Virus record (IMG/VR): IMGVR_UViG_3300009149_000022
Span: 1 to 64,000 of that record
DNA from: a virus
Reading direction: 5' to 3' (one strand)
DNA length: 64,000 bases
Shown here: in pieces, positions 52,358 through 61,987 of the stretch
Position numbering within the stretch: position 1 is the stretch's first letter
How the letters are laid out: every line of letters starts with the position of its first letter
The notes under the pieces: generated by a model
Told to the model about the DNA's origin: nothing
The model's input: the letters and a program-made list of their open reading frames with translations, nothing else
Database searches by the model: none
Made by a program: the position numbers and the translations under genes

Positions 52358-52866
52358 TGACAAAAGAAATACACATAAATCCTATTAACGAAGAAGATTT
52401 AGACGACAAAAGAAATGTAATATGCGAAAATTGTTTTATTGAAGTAGACATAGCTTTAAAAAGTTATGGGGTTTCTTTTGGGGAAGATTCTACTTACGAT
52501 GATATTTCACTATTACATTCAACAATTGCGTATGCATTAAGTAATCACAAAATCAAACACAACCTATCAAACGTTAACATTGAAAAGTTTGAAATACCAA
52601 ATTCACCATTTAAAACAAAGAAAGGTGAACCAACAGATAAGTTGTATCAAATGCAGGAATCTGACATTTTACACTTTATTACTAATATGATAATAAATTC
52701 TAAAGCTGGGTTTGTCGAACTCAGTAAAAGTGGATATTTTGAAGGGTTGAATGAAGATATAATGATTGAAAAAACAGGACTGTTATTTCAACTAGGTAGT
52801 ATGTTCGATAGGTGTATACTTTCCATGAATAATAAATATAGTAAATTAATTTTAAATATAAAATAG
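52357..52866 (+). CDS. Hypothetical protein
   Basis: Translationally coupled ORF. Confidence 0.55.
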   Translation: MTKEIHINPINEEDLDDKRNVICENCFIEVDIALKSYGVSFGEDSTYDDISLLHSTIAYALSNHKIKHNLSNVNIEKFEIPNSPFKTKKGEPTDKLYQMQESDILHFITNMIINSKAGFVELSKSGYFEGLNEDIMIEKTGLLFQLGSMFDRCILSMNNKYSKLILNIK

Positions 52867-52873
52867 AAAACCG

Positions 52874-53386
52874 ATGACAAAAGTTAAAGAATTAAAACCA
52901 ACGAAAAAAGTACAAAGAGTATTGGGTGCTGATATTGAAACAGCAACTTACGAGCAATTAAGTGAAACTTTCGATAAAGTCAGGAGCGAATTTGAATCTA
53001 AGAAATACGAATTATCACTATCACAAGAATCTATTAGTCTACTATTGATGGACATCTTACCAAATGTAGAATGGGTAGGTCAACAAGCATGGGACATTGC
53101 AGAAGCACAAAAAACAGTTACAGATCTAAAACCCGACAAAGTATTACCGGTTACAAAGGAATCTGTTAGAGCGTTATTTCAATTTGTCGCAACAAATAAA
53201 TATAAAGGTACAGATAATGTTTATCAAGTATCTAAATTATTAACGACATTGGCCGAAATTATCCAAAATCAAATAGGTGTGGATGAACAAGTGTTTAGAG
53301 ATGCTGGATTTGAATTACAGGCTGCTGAAATGGGTATTACACCAGAAAGGGCTATGGAAGATGCTATTGCCGCACAAGAAAAATAA
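52874..53386 (+). CDS. Hypothetical protein
   Basis: 170 aa helical ORF. Confidence 0.6.
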   Translation: MTKVKELKPTKKVQRVLGADIETATYEQLSETFDKVRSEFESKKYELSLSQESISLLLMDILPNVEWVGQQAWDIAEAQKTVTDLKPDKVLPVTKESVRALFQFVATNKYKGTDNVYQVSKLLTTLAEIIQNQIGVDEQVFRDAGFELQAAEMGITPERAMEDAIAAQEK

Positions 53387-53396
53387 AATGTAAATT

Positions 53397-53735
53397 ATGA
53401 AAAAATTACAAGATAAGTTACCCTTGATATCATTAGTTGTTTTGTGTTGCACGTTTTTGTATACGTGCAACACAAATAGAAATGTTAATAAACAAATCAA
53501 GAAAAATATAAATTTAGTAAGTACTATAGATTCTTTAAAGACTGAAATACAATCACTATCAGATAGTACAATGTCAACAACTGAATTTCAAACAAGACTA
53601 GAACTAGAAGGTTATAAAATATCAGCAAGGAATCTATATTATAACAATGCAATTGTTAGAACTAAAGAACGACCAGATGATATTATGCACAAATATAATC
53701 AAGAAATAGATAAATTAACAAAAAAATTAAAATAA
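53397..53735 (+). CDS. Membrane-anchored coiled-coil protein (possible spanin/lysis accessory)
   Basis: N-terminal hydrophobic segment with Cys; adjacent to the amidase. Confidence 0.4.
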   Translation: MKKLQDKLPLISLVVLCCTFLYTCNTNRNVNKQIKKNINLVSTIDSLKTEIQSLSDSTMSTTEFQTRLELEGYKISARNLYYNNAIVRTKERPDDIMHKYNQEIDKLTKKLK

Positions 53736-53736
53736 T

Positions 53737-54405
53737 ATGTCAAAATTAACATTTCTTCTCGATCCCGGACACGGTGGTTTAGTTGACGGTAAATACACAA
53801 CTGCACCTAATTTCGATAAGAATAATAAATCTACTTGGAAAAAAAGCTGGTATCACCCAGAAGAAGATTTGGTTTTTTTTGAAGGGGTCTTTAATAGACA
53901 GGTTATTAACCTTATTAAAAACATAATGTCTTCTAGGGGTATGGAATATTATGACGTGACTACTGGCACAGATGAAGTTAGTGAATATGATATCCCACTT
54001 CCTGACAGGGTAAACAACGCTAATAGTTTCTATGCCGATAATAAAGATTGTGTGTATTTTTCTATGCATAGTAACGCAAGTGGTGTTGGTAAAGCACACG
54101 GTATAGAAATATTCACATCCGTAGGACAAACCACTAGTGACAAATATGCCACAATAGTATTTGATTCTATTGTAGATTTTTTCCCAAATGAAAAATATAG
54201 AATGGATAAGTGGTCAGATGGTGATGTTGATAAAGAAGCTAACTATTATGTTTTGAAAAATACAAAAATGCCAGCCATGTTATTAGAAATGTGGTTTTTC
54301 GATAATCTAATAGATTGTAAAAAAATGATTGATGTTGTACTTCAACATCAAGTAGCCAAAGCTATTGTTAATGGTTTCGAAAACATTCAAAAAATTGCTA
54401 AATAA
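53737..54405 (+). CDS. N-acetylmuramoyl-L-alanine amidase (Amidase_3), probable endolysin
   Basis: LDPGHGG, E..FN, RVNNAN, SMHSNA, YVLKNT.MPAMLLE..F.DN. Confidence 0.9.
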   Translation: MSKLTFLLDPGHGGLVDGKYTTAPNFDKNNKSTWKKSWYHPEEDLVFFEGVFNRQVINLIKNIMSSRGMEYYDVTTGTDEVSEYDIPLPDRVNNANSFYADNKDCVYFSMHSNASGVGKAHGIEIFTSVGQTTSDKYATIVFDSIVDFFPNEKYRMDKWSDGDVDKEANYYVLKNTKMPAMLLEMWFFDNLIDCKKMIDVVLQHQVAKAIVNGFENIQKIAK

Positions 54406-54622
54406 ACGTAAAAATCATTTTCGGTATACAAAAGAAAAGGAAACTTTTAAAATAGTTAGTAGAGTTCGTGACATGGGAGATAATCCTTATATTATTAAAT
54501 TTAGATATACTAATAATACAGAATTTTTCCTAATGTATTCTGATTTTAAAGAGCAAATAAACATTGGTAAGATAGTGTTTGCTGAATATTAAATATTAAT
54601 ATGATAGTGTTATACAACAAAA

Positions 54623-54946
54623 GTGACGAATATGAGATTAGATGAAGTCTTATTTAGAATAGAAAAAGAAGCAGAGGATTCAATAACAAAAAACAAAGTA
54701 AGAATCAATAGGTTTGTTAGTAAATATAAAACCGCTAGACAATGTTTTTATACCGATGACGAAAACGATGAACTATACGATTTCCTTTTTGATATATCGA
54801 ATGAATATGACATACCAGAAGAAGATGTATATTTTATGTTTGTGATGTCTAAATACACACAAGAAGGTGATATATCGAAAACATTCGAAAATGATTTTGC
54901 CTTACAAATAACCCTAAGTGAAACAACTAAAAAGAAAGAACAATGA
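54623..54946 (+). CDS. Hypothetical protein
   Basis: 107 aa ORF. Confidence 0.5.
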   Translation: MTNMRLDEVLFRIEKEAEDSITKNKVRINRFVSKYKTARQCFYTDDENDELYDFLFDISNEYDIPEEDVYFMFVMSKYTQEGDISKTFENDFALQITLSETTKKKEQ

Positions 54947-55206
54947 TTAATACTTGGAATGTAGTAGAAAGAAACAATTCAAAAATTGTCTGGAAAGACA
55001 TAAACGAAACAAAGTTCGATGAAATTAAGTATATCGAAAAAACAACAGGTACTGAACCATTTTATTGTACCAACACAAAATCCGTTGTGTTTGTTACATC
55101 CTCACCAGATGTTAATATTATCAAAGGAAATGATTATTCTGAATTAGAAATGATTTCTAGGTATTTAACAACAGAAAATAAACTATATGATTTATTAAAA
55201 TCATAA
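54943..55206 (+). CDS. Hypothetical protein
   Basis: Coupled ORF followed by a terminator (55212-55241). Confidence 0.5.
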   Translation: MINTWNVVERNNSKIVWKDINETKFDEIKYIEKTTGTEPFYCTNTKSVVFVTSSPDVNIIKGNDYSELEMISRYLTTENKLYDLLKS

Positions 55207-55306
55207 TTACTAAGAGCAACTATTAAAGTTGCTCTTTTTTTGTCCCGAATTTAAAATAAATTTGTGACAAAATCACTTCAATAAGTATAAGAACAAACAC
55301 AATATT

Positions 55307-56113
55307 ATGAAATCAGAAGTAAGAAACATATTAGTAGAATTACACAAAATCACTAATGCACCATTGACCTTTTTCGATATAGAATCCACAGGTATAGATA
55401 AAATAACCGATGATATTATACAACTATATGTTTGTAAATATGATGGTATAGAATTTATAGAAAGTAGTTCATATTATAACAGTAATGTACCCGTCAGAGA
55501 AGAAGCACTCGAAAAGCATGGTATAACAAACGAATCTCTAATTGGATACCCATACTTTAGTGAAATAGCAAAGGAAATATACGACAAATATTTTTCTAAG
55601 GGCACCATATTGTGTGGATATTGTTCAAATCAATTTGATATTCCTTTCATAATAGAAAAGTTTTTACAAGCAAAAATTCCAAATGCTATTAACATCTTAC
55701 AAAATAGAAGGATAGATGTGTATGAAATTTATAAACAACTGTATCCAAATACACTAGAAGGTGTGTATTCAAGAATAGTAGGTGGTCCCATGGGAGATGC
55801 ACACGATGCCAAAAATGATGTTGTTGCAACCGTTGAAATATTACACAAATTAATACAGTCTAAGGGAGAATATGAATTAATAACAACGTCTGACACCATT
55901 GATACGGATAAGTTTTTTAAACGAGTAGATAATCAATTGTTATTTGCCAAAGGAAAACACAAAGACGAAAACATATTACAAATGGATACTAAAGAATCAT
56001 TAGGTTTCTTAAAGTGGATGACTAGAACACATTCTATTTCTATTCATAGTAGAACAGTTGCAAATAAATTGATTGAAAAGATAGAATCCTCTATTTTGAC
56101 CAACGCGGATTAA
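55307..56113 (+). CDS. DEDDh 3'-5' exonuclease (DnaQ/epsilon-like)
   Basis: FDIESTG, HGIT, FDIPF, AHDAKNDV. Confidence 0.88.
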   Translation: MKSEVRNILVELHKITNAPLTFFDIESTGIDKITDDIIQLYVCKYDGIEFIESSSYYNSNVPVREEALEKHGITNESLIGYPYFSEIAKEIYDKYFSKGTILCGYCSNQFDIPFIIEKFLQAKIPNAINILQNRRIDVYEIYKQLYPNTLEGVYSRIVGGPMGDAHDAKNDVVATVEILHKLIQSKGEYELITTSDTIDTDKFFKRVDNQLLFAKGKHKDENILQMDTKESLGFLKWMTRTHSISIHSRTVANKLIEKIESSILTNAD

Positions 56114-56114
56114 T

Positions 56115-56453
56115 ATGATATATTTGTATTATTTCATTTTTATGATAACTACTAGTATAGTTATATGGTTTCAAACCGTTGCCCCTATAAAATTTTCACA
56201 CTTTTTACATAAATATTCATTTGTCGTATATTTAATTGGATTTTTAGGTAGTATACTTTACGTAGAAGCCTCTAAAATAGGTGCAACGGTTTTTCCCAAT
56301 GCTTGGTCCCTTCGGTTCGTTGCATTTAGTATAAACACCATTTTCTTTGCAATACTAACACATTTTTTCATAGGTGCTGACTTTACTCCTAAAACTTTAA
56401 TATGTTTTGGACTAAGTGTTGCAATAATATTAATTCAATGTTTTTGGGATTAA
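56115..56453 (+). CDS. Small four-helix membrane protein (DMT/SMR-like topology)
   Basis: Four hydrophobic segments in 112 aa. Confidence 0.55.
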   Translation: MIYLYYFIFMITTSIVIWFQTVAPIKFSHFLHKYSFVVYLIGFLGSILYVEASKIGATVFPNAWSLRFVAFSINTIFFAILTHFFIGADFTPKTLICFGLSVAIILIQCFWD

Positions 56454-56475
56454 ATATCAAAACTAACAATTATTT

Positions 56476-58350
56476 ATGAAAGGATTAAACGAATTCAAAA
56501 AGGTTGAATTAACAACCGATCAACAGGAACTAAATGAAAAACTTATTACCTTTGGTGGTAAAGCATATCCTAAATTTGGAAATGTTGTTTTATTAGCGGG
56601 CGGTGCCGGCTGTCATATAAAAGGAACAGAAGTTTTAATGTATGATGGTTCACACAAAAAAGTAGAAGATATTGTAGTAGGTGATTTACTTATGGGAACA
56701 GATAGTACAAAAAGAACTGTTAACGAATTACATTATGGTATTGATAAAATGGTTTCTGTAGAATCTAAAGTTGGAAATTATATTTCTAACTTTAGTCACA
56801 TACACACTTTTGTAGCTAGTTTTGATAAATGTGGTTATAAAAAAGACCAAGTTTATGATATGACATTAGAAGAATATACTAAACTAAATGATTCGACCAA
56901 AAAGTCATTAAAAATTTTTAGAAATGAAGAAATAGAATTCGAAAAAGATTCATATTCTTTGAACATTGACCCTTGGATAGTAGGATTTTGGTTAGGTGAT
57001 GGTACTAGAAAAACCCCTAGTTTTACAATAGAAAATAATTCTCAAATTATAAATTATATAAAGGATAATTATGAAGGTAAAGGGTATATATTTAACACAG
57101 AACATAAACAAGTTAAACCCAACTGCAAAACATATTCTTTAATAACCGAATCTAAAAACAATCCTTTTAGAGATTATGTAATAGAAAAGTGTGAAATTAA
57201 TTCAGAAAAAAGAATTCCAAAAGAACTTTTATTATCATCAATAGTTAATAGAAAAAAAGTTTTAGCGGGATTGATAGATTCGGATGGTTATTATGGTGGT
57301 GGTGTATATGAAATTTGTACTAAATGGGAATCATTAAAAAATGATATAGAATTTTTATGTGGGTCATTGGGTTATAAAACAAATACAACAATAAAGAAAG
57401 TTAATTATAATGGAGAAATTAAAGAATATCAAAGAATAACTATTTCTGGAAATTTTAAAAATTTACCAATAGTTTTAGATTATAAAAAATCACATCAAAA
57501 TAAAAACAAAAATCCAAATAGAGGATCATTCAAAATATGTATTTTAGATGAAATGGAATATTATGGTTTTTCAATTAAAGAAAACGATAAACATTTTATT
57601 TTGAAAAACTGGATTGTTCAACATAATTCAGGGAAAGGTTTTATTAAAGATAACTTACTAGGTATCGAAGGTCAAGTTTACGATGTTGATGAAGTTAAGC
57701 AACTTGCACTTAAATCTGATAAGATTAAGAAAATGGCACAAGAAGCAACAGGTAAAGATATATCTACTTTTGATTTAAAGAATCCAGATGATGTTGGTAC
57801 GCTTCATACTATTCTTGATGAAACACTTAATGTTATTGATAAAAGAAAATTATCAAGATATGCTGGTATTTTAATGGCACCGGCAGATAGAAAACCAAAT
57901 CTTATTTTTGATGTTACACTAAAGAACTTGAATAAGTTAAGAAGCATTTCAGCAGATATTAAAGAATTAGGATATGAAGGTGTTAATACTCACTTAGTTT
58001 GGGTTATTAATTCATATAATGTTGCGATGGCACAAAACAAAGAAAGAAGTAGACAAGTACCAGAAGAAATTTTAATGGACACACATAGAGGAGCAGCACA
58101 AACAGCTAAAGATATTCTTGATATGGGTAAAGACATTAAAAAATACTTAGATGGTGATATTTGGTATGCATTCAACAAAAGGGGTGTAGATTCTATAATT
58201 GCTAAATCTAACAAAGGGGGTTCTTACATTAAAGATGCTAATTACATTAAAGTAAAAGAAGCCGGAAAACCTATTAATAACAAAAAAGTTACCGATGAAG
58301 TAGTTAAAAAAATTGCTGGTTATGTACCACCAAGTAACTATTGGGGATAA
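56476..58350 (+). CDS. P-loop kinase (zeta-toxin/AAA_33-like) containing an intein
   Basis: Spliced Walker A reads LAGGAG|SGKGF; YDVD, NLIFDVT, QNKERSRQVPE. Confidence 0.8.
   Translation: MKGLNEFKKVELTTDQQELNEKLITFGGKAYPKFGNVVLLAGGAGCHIKGTEVLMYDGSHKKVEDIVVGDLLMGTDSTKRTVNELHYGIDKMVSVESKVGNYISNFSHIHTFVASFDKCGYKKDQVYDMTLEEYTKLNDSTKKSLKIFRNEEIEFEKDSYSLNIDPWIVGFWLGDGTRKTPSFTIENNSQIINYIKDNYEGKGYIFNTEHKQVKPNCKTYSLITESKNNPFRDYVIEKCEINSEKRIPKELLLSSIVNRKKVLAGLIDSDGYYGGGVYEICTKWESLKNDIEFLCGSLGYKTNTTIKKVNYNGEIKEYQRITISGNFKNLPIVLDYKKSHQNKNKNPNRGSFKICILDEMEYYGFSIKENDKHFILKNWIVQHNSGKGFIKDNLLGIEGQVYDVDEVKQLALKSDKIKKMAQEATGKDISTFDLKNPDDVGTLHTILDETLNVIDKRKLSRYAGILMAPADRKPNLIFDVTLKNLNKLRSISADIKELGYEGVNTHLVWVINSYNVAMAQNKERSRQVPEEILMDTHRGAAQTAKDILDMGKDIKKYLDGDIWYAFNKRGVDSIIAKSNKGGSYIKDANYIKVKEAGKPINNKKVTDEVVKKIAGYVPPSNYWG
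56611..57627 (+). mobile_element. Cis intein (339 aa) with LAGLIDADG endonuclease
   Basis: CHIKGTEVLMYDG start, VGFWLGDG and LAGLIDSDG motifs, ends IVQHN before Ser. Confidence 0.93.
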
Positions 58351-58495
58351 TCATAATAATAAGAATTACAAAGGGAACTAATATTTTAGTTCCCTTTTTT
58401 TGTATAAACAAAAGGTTATGTATATAGTAAAAAGTATAAATAAAATATTATGCATAATTTCGACATTTCATATTAAATAAATAAAACTATATAAT

Positions 58496-58606
58496 ATGAA
58501 TTATTGTAATAATTGTGGGAGTGTTGAAATAAGAAATACTTATGATAATTTAGAAAAAGAATGTGTTGATTGTGCAAACACATGGAAAAAAGGAAAAGAG
58601 AACTAA
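58496..58606 (+). CDS. 36 aa zinc-ribbon microprotein (not in ORF track)
   Basis: MNYCNNCGS...ECVDCANTW; TATTAAATA at 58471; terminator at the 3' end. Confidence 0.55.
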   Translation: MNYCNNCGSVEIRNTYDNLEKECVDCANTWKKGKEN

Positions 58607-58658
58607 AATATTGGTTCTCTTTTTTTGTTTTAATAAGTATAAGATTTAAAATTTTATT

Positions 58659-59225
58659 ATGGCAAAAGATGGATTACCATTACCCTTAGACAGGGTTATT
58701 TTATTCAACAAACAAGTTGACCAAAAAACAATTGGTGAAGTAACACAAAGAATATTAGATATTAATTCTGATGATGAATACTTAAAAGATTTGTATAAAT
58801 TACACGGGTTAAAGTATAAACCACAACCTATCGAAATATTTATAGATTCTTATGGTGGATATGTTTACCAAATAATGGGATTAGTTTCAATTGTTCAAAA
58901 CTCAAAAACACCTGTTCATACGATTTGTACTGGTGCTGCTATGAGTTGTGGATTTGTTTTATTAATCGTTGGTCATAAAAGATTTGGATATGAATTAGCA
59001 ACACCAATGTATCACCAAGTTAGTGCTGGTATGTGGGGAACAATTAAATCAATGGAAGAAGATGTTTCTGAAACAAAAAGACTTCAAAAGGTTCTTGAAA
59101 AGTTGACTTTAGAAAATACTAAGATAACTAAAAAGAAATTGAAGAAAATTTATAAAACTAAAAAAGATTGGTTCATGACAACAGATGATGCATTAGAATT
59201 TGGTGTTATTGATGAAAAAATATAG
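58659..59225 (+). CDS. clpP: ClpP-like serine protease subunit
   Basis: IDSYGG, GAAMSCG (Ser), MYHQ (His), DWF...ALEFGVID. Confidence 0.88.
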   Translation: MAKDGLPLPLDRVILFNKQVDQKTIGEVTQRILDINSDDEYLKDLYKLHGLKYKPQPIEIFIDSYGGYVYQIMGLVSIVQNSKTPVHTICTGAAMSCGFVLLIVGHKRFGYELATPMYHQVSAGMWGTIKSMEEDVSETKRLQKVLEKLTLENTKITKKKLKKIYKTKKDWFMTTDDALEFGVIDEKI

Positions 59226-59227
59226 AT

Positions 59228-60877
59228 ATGATTAAAGCAGATAAATATTATATTCAAAATCTAAAGGAAATACTTTTTCAAAATAACATAGATGAAAACC
59301 CAAGACCATCATACAAAGATGGAACTAAAGCACATACTAAGTTTATTACACAAGTTTTTGAAAAGTATGATATATCAAAAGGTGAATTTCCAATAACAAC
59401 ATTAAGAAATACTGCAATTAAAACAGGTATTAAAGAAATGCTGGTTATCTACCAAGAACAATCAAATAAGTTGGTTGATTTTGAAACTGCTAAATGTGGT
59501 TGGTGGTCGGAATGGATGAACGAAGATGGTGATCTAGGTAGAGCATATTCACATAATATGGAATCACACCGACCTAATGAGATGCAAAAAACTATTGTTA
59601 AGGTTAAACCCAGAATAGTTGATGAAAAATATTCAGAGATGCTGAATATAATGGATATTAACGATACTTCTCTGGTTGCAAATCCGATAAAAATATTTGA
59701 AAATTATCAATTAATTCGTGAAGATAAGAAATCTAGGAAATATGTGTTGCAAAATATATCAACAGGGGAAATACAAGTAATAACGCATAAAACATATAAA
59801 AAGTTGTTAGATGGTGACCCTTCTTTTCTAATAAGAAAAAGTCCATTCTTGTATTGTAGGAATAATGAAGGTGTTGGTTATTTAGGAAATTATAAAACAA
59901 TTAATGGTTATAGTGATGCAACATTAAAATTACTCAGGGATAAATGGGTAAACATGTTAAGAAGATGTTATTCTGATAAATATGAATCACATAACGATGT
60001 TTTTGTACACCAAGACTGGCATAGTTTTGAAAACTTTCTGAGAGATGTTAGAATGCTACCACAATATCATTTAGCAAAAGAAAATAATTTCGATGGGTGG
60101 GATTTAGATAAAGATTACTATGGTAGTAATTGTTATAGTAAAGATACTTGTGTTTTTCTTTGCCATAAGGATAATGTTTTATATGCTAGTTGTTATCCAA
60201 TTAAGGTAACTAAACCTAATGGTAATATTGAACATACAATAAATATTAGAGGTTTTTGTGCTGAACATAATTTATCTAAAACTTGTTTATTGAAGGTTAT
60301 TAATGGTAAACAATCGCACCACAAAGGTTATAAATTTGAAAAGATTATAGATACTGAAAATCTGTATAGATATGAACTTTCTAATAACCAATTAACCTCA
60401 TTATTAGATGGTTTAGAAAATAATCCATTTGGACGTAGACACATTATGTCATTTTGGAATTGGTCTAATATTGATAAGAAGGAACTTGTTGAGTGTGCGT
60501 TTGAAAGTTTATGGACACCTCGAAAAGTTGATGGTGTGATGTATTTAGATATGACATTAACACAGAGAAGTCAAGATGCTATTATGGCAACATATATCAA
60601 TAAAACCCAATATGTTGCATTGCAAATGATGGTTTGTAAACATTTAGGTTTTGAGGTTGGTGTGTTTTCACACATGATTCAAAACTATCATATTTATGAT
60701 AGACATGTAAATGCTTGTAATGAATTACTTGCAAGAAAACCTTTGAATTTTCAACCTTCGATGAAATTAAATGTTCCAAACAAAACAAACTTCTATGAAA
60801 TAAAGATACAAGATTTTGAAATTATCACATCTAAAAACATCAAGAAAATAGAATCAGAATTAGAGATTGCTATTTAG
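59228..60877 (+). CDS. thyA: Thymidylate synthase with an in-frame ~275 aa endonuclease-like insertion
   Basis: FPITTLR, WSEW, RRHIMSFWN, EC, QRSQD, N..QY, HIYDRH; insert at about 59561-60385. Confidence 0.9.
   Translation: MIKADKYYIQNLKEILFQNNIDENPRPSYKDGTKAHTKFITQVFEKYDISKGEFPITTLRNTAIKTGIKEMLVIYQEQSNKLVDFETAKCGWWSEWMNEDGDLGRAYSHNMESHRPNEMQKTIVKVKPRIVDEKYSEMLNIMDINDTSLVANPIKIFENYQLIREDKKSRKYVLQNISTGEIQVITHKTYKKLLDGDPSFLIRKSPFLYCRNNEGVGYLGNYKTINGYSDATLKLLRDKWVNMLRRCYSDKYESHNDVFVHQDWHSFENFLRDVRMLPQYHLAKENNFDGWDLDKDYYGSNCYSKDTCVFLCHKDNVLYASCYPIKVTKPNGNIEHTINIRGFCAEHNLSKTCLLKVINGKQSHHKGYKFEKIIDTENLYRYELSNNQLTSLLDGLENNPFGRRHIMSFWNWSNIDKKELVECAFESLWTPRKVDGVMYLDMTLTQRSQDAIMATYINKTQYVALQMMVCKHLGFEVGVFSHMIQNYHIYDRHVNACNELLARKPLNFQPSMKLNVPNKTNFYEIKIQDFEIITSKNIKKIESELEIAI
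59561..60385 (+). mobile_element. HNH-like endonuclease domain embedded in ThyA (boundaries approximate)
   Basis: GVGYLG, W.NMLRRCY, WHSFENF, WDLDKD, YSKDTCVF...N, plus C-terminal FCAEHNL...HHKGY DNA-binding module. Confidence 0.75.
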
Positions 60878-60910
60878 TTGATTACATATACTAAAAGGTA
60901 ATCCTAAATT

Positions 60911-61048
60911 ATGGTCGGTATTTATAGAATAAGAAATATAATTTCAAAAAAGTCATATTATGGTTCTTCTAAGGATATAGAAAAACGATTCAAAAGACAT
61001 AGGATTATTAGTAAAAATAAAAAATATGAAAATTACAAATACGAATGA
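60911..61048 (+). pseudogene. Internally deleted GIY-YIG endonuclease remnant (45 aa)
   Basis: MVGIYRIRNIISKKSYYGSSKDIEKRFKRH...KNKKYENYKYE*. Confidence 0.8.
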
Positions 61049-61292
61049 AATGATTGCTCAGCAAACTAATATGGTTGCTGGAGAATTAATCGGAAACTTA
61101 GGAGATACGCACTTGTACTCAAATCATATCGAGTATGTAGAAAAACAATTAACAAGAACTTCAGTTGAAACTTGTAAGCCTAAGTTAGTTCTAAATAAAG
61201 CTAAAGATATTTTTAGCTATAAGTTTGAAGACTTTAAAATAGAAGGTTACACTGCTCACCCAAATTGGAAAGGAGTATCAATTGGAATATAA
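61047..61292 (+). pseudogene. Orphaned C-terminal fragment of a second, different thymidylate synthase
   Basis: MIAQQ...GDTHLYSNH...QLTR...DIFSYKFEDFKIEGY.AHP matches the E. coli-type ThyA C-terminus. Confidence 0.88.
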
Positions 61293-61686
61293 CCCTTATT
61301 ATATTGAACCGCTAGATAAAGAAAAGCTGGCAAGCTTAGATATAAATCTAAATGAAAAACTAGAATTCAAAGAACGCGTATTAAATGTCATAGAACAAAT
61401 AGAGAATAAGCACTTTATTATAATCGAAACACATGCTAAACCAACAGGTGAATATGGTTTTTTGCATTCTTGTCACATTTTATTAAATTACAATTTTTAT
61501 GGTATGTTAGTTTTCTCAAATGAGGGTTATGAAAGAGATGACTCAAAATTAGAATGTGTTATACCCGCAGATTATCATTATAGTAGAAGTCAACAACTTG
61601 TTAGAGGTATACACAAAGCAATTGAAATAATACCCGAAATAAATGAAAAACTTAACATTATAAATGAAAAACTTAACAAATCATAG
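61282..61686 (+). CDS. Hypothetical protein
   Basis: 134 aa ORF. Confidence 0.5.
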   Translation: MEYNPYYIEPLDKEKLASLDINLNEKLEFKERVLNVIEQIENKHFIIIETHAKPTGEYGFLHSCHILLNYNFYGMLVFSNEGYERDDSKLECVIPADYHYSRSQQLVRGIHKAIEIIPEINEKLNIINEKLNKS

Positions 61687-61987
61687 AAAAGAAAAAAGAT
61701 TTCAAGAATGTAATTGGATAGAAAAGTTATGGAGGTACCGTTGGTACCTTGCACTTCCTTTTATGTATATTTGGAATAAATTCTATATGGGACCGATTCC
61801 TGGACACAAATGGGATGAAGAAAAACAAGAACACGTAGAAGTTCCACCATTATACCCAGATGGTAAATTAGTTTGGAAAATAACTTTGGGTCTAGTTCAA
61901 ACAAAAATGCATTGGTACTATACATCAGAAGAAGTGTTTGAGCGATTACACGACAAGTTAAATAAGAAAACTAAATTAATTAAATGA
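61664..61987 (+). CDS. Hypothetical Trp-rich protein
   Basis: 107 aa ORF. Confidence 0.5.
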   Translation: MKNLTNHRKEKRFQECNWIEKLWRYRWYLALPFMYIWNKFYMGPIPGHKWDEEKQEHVEVPPLYPDGKLVWKITLGLVQTKMHWYYTSEEVFERLHDKLNKKTKLIK

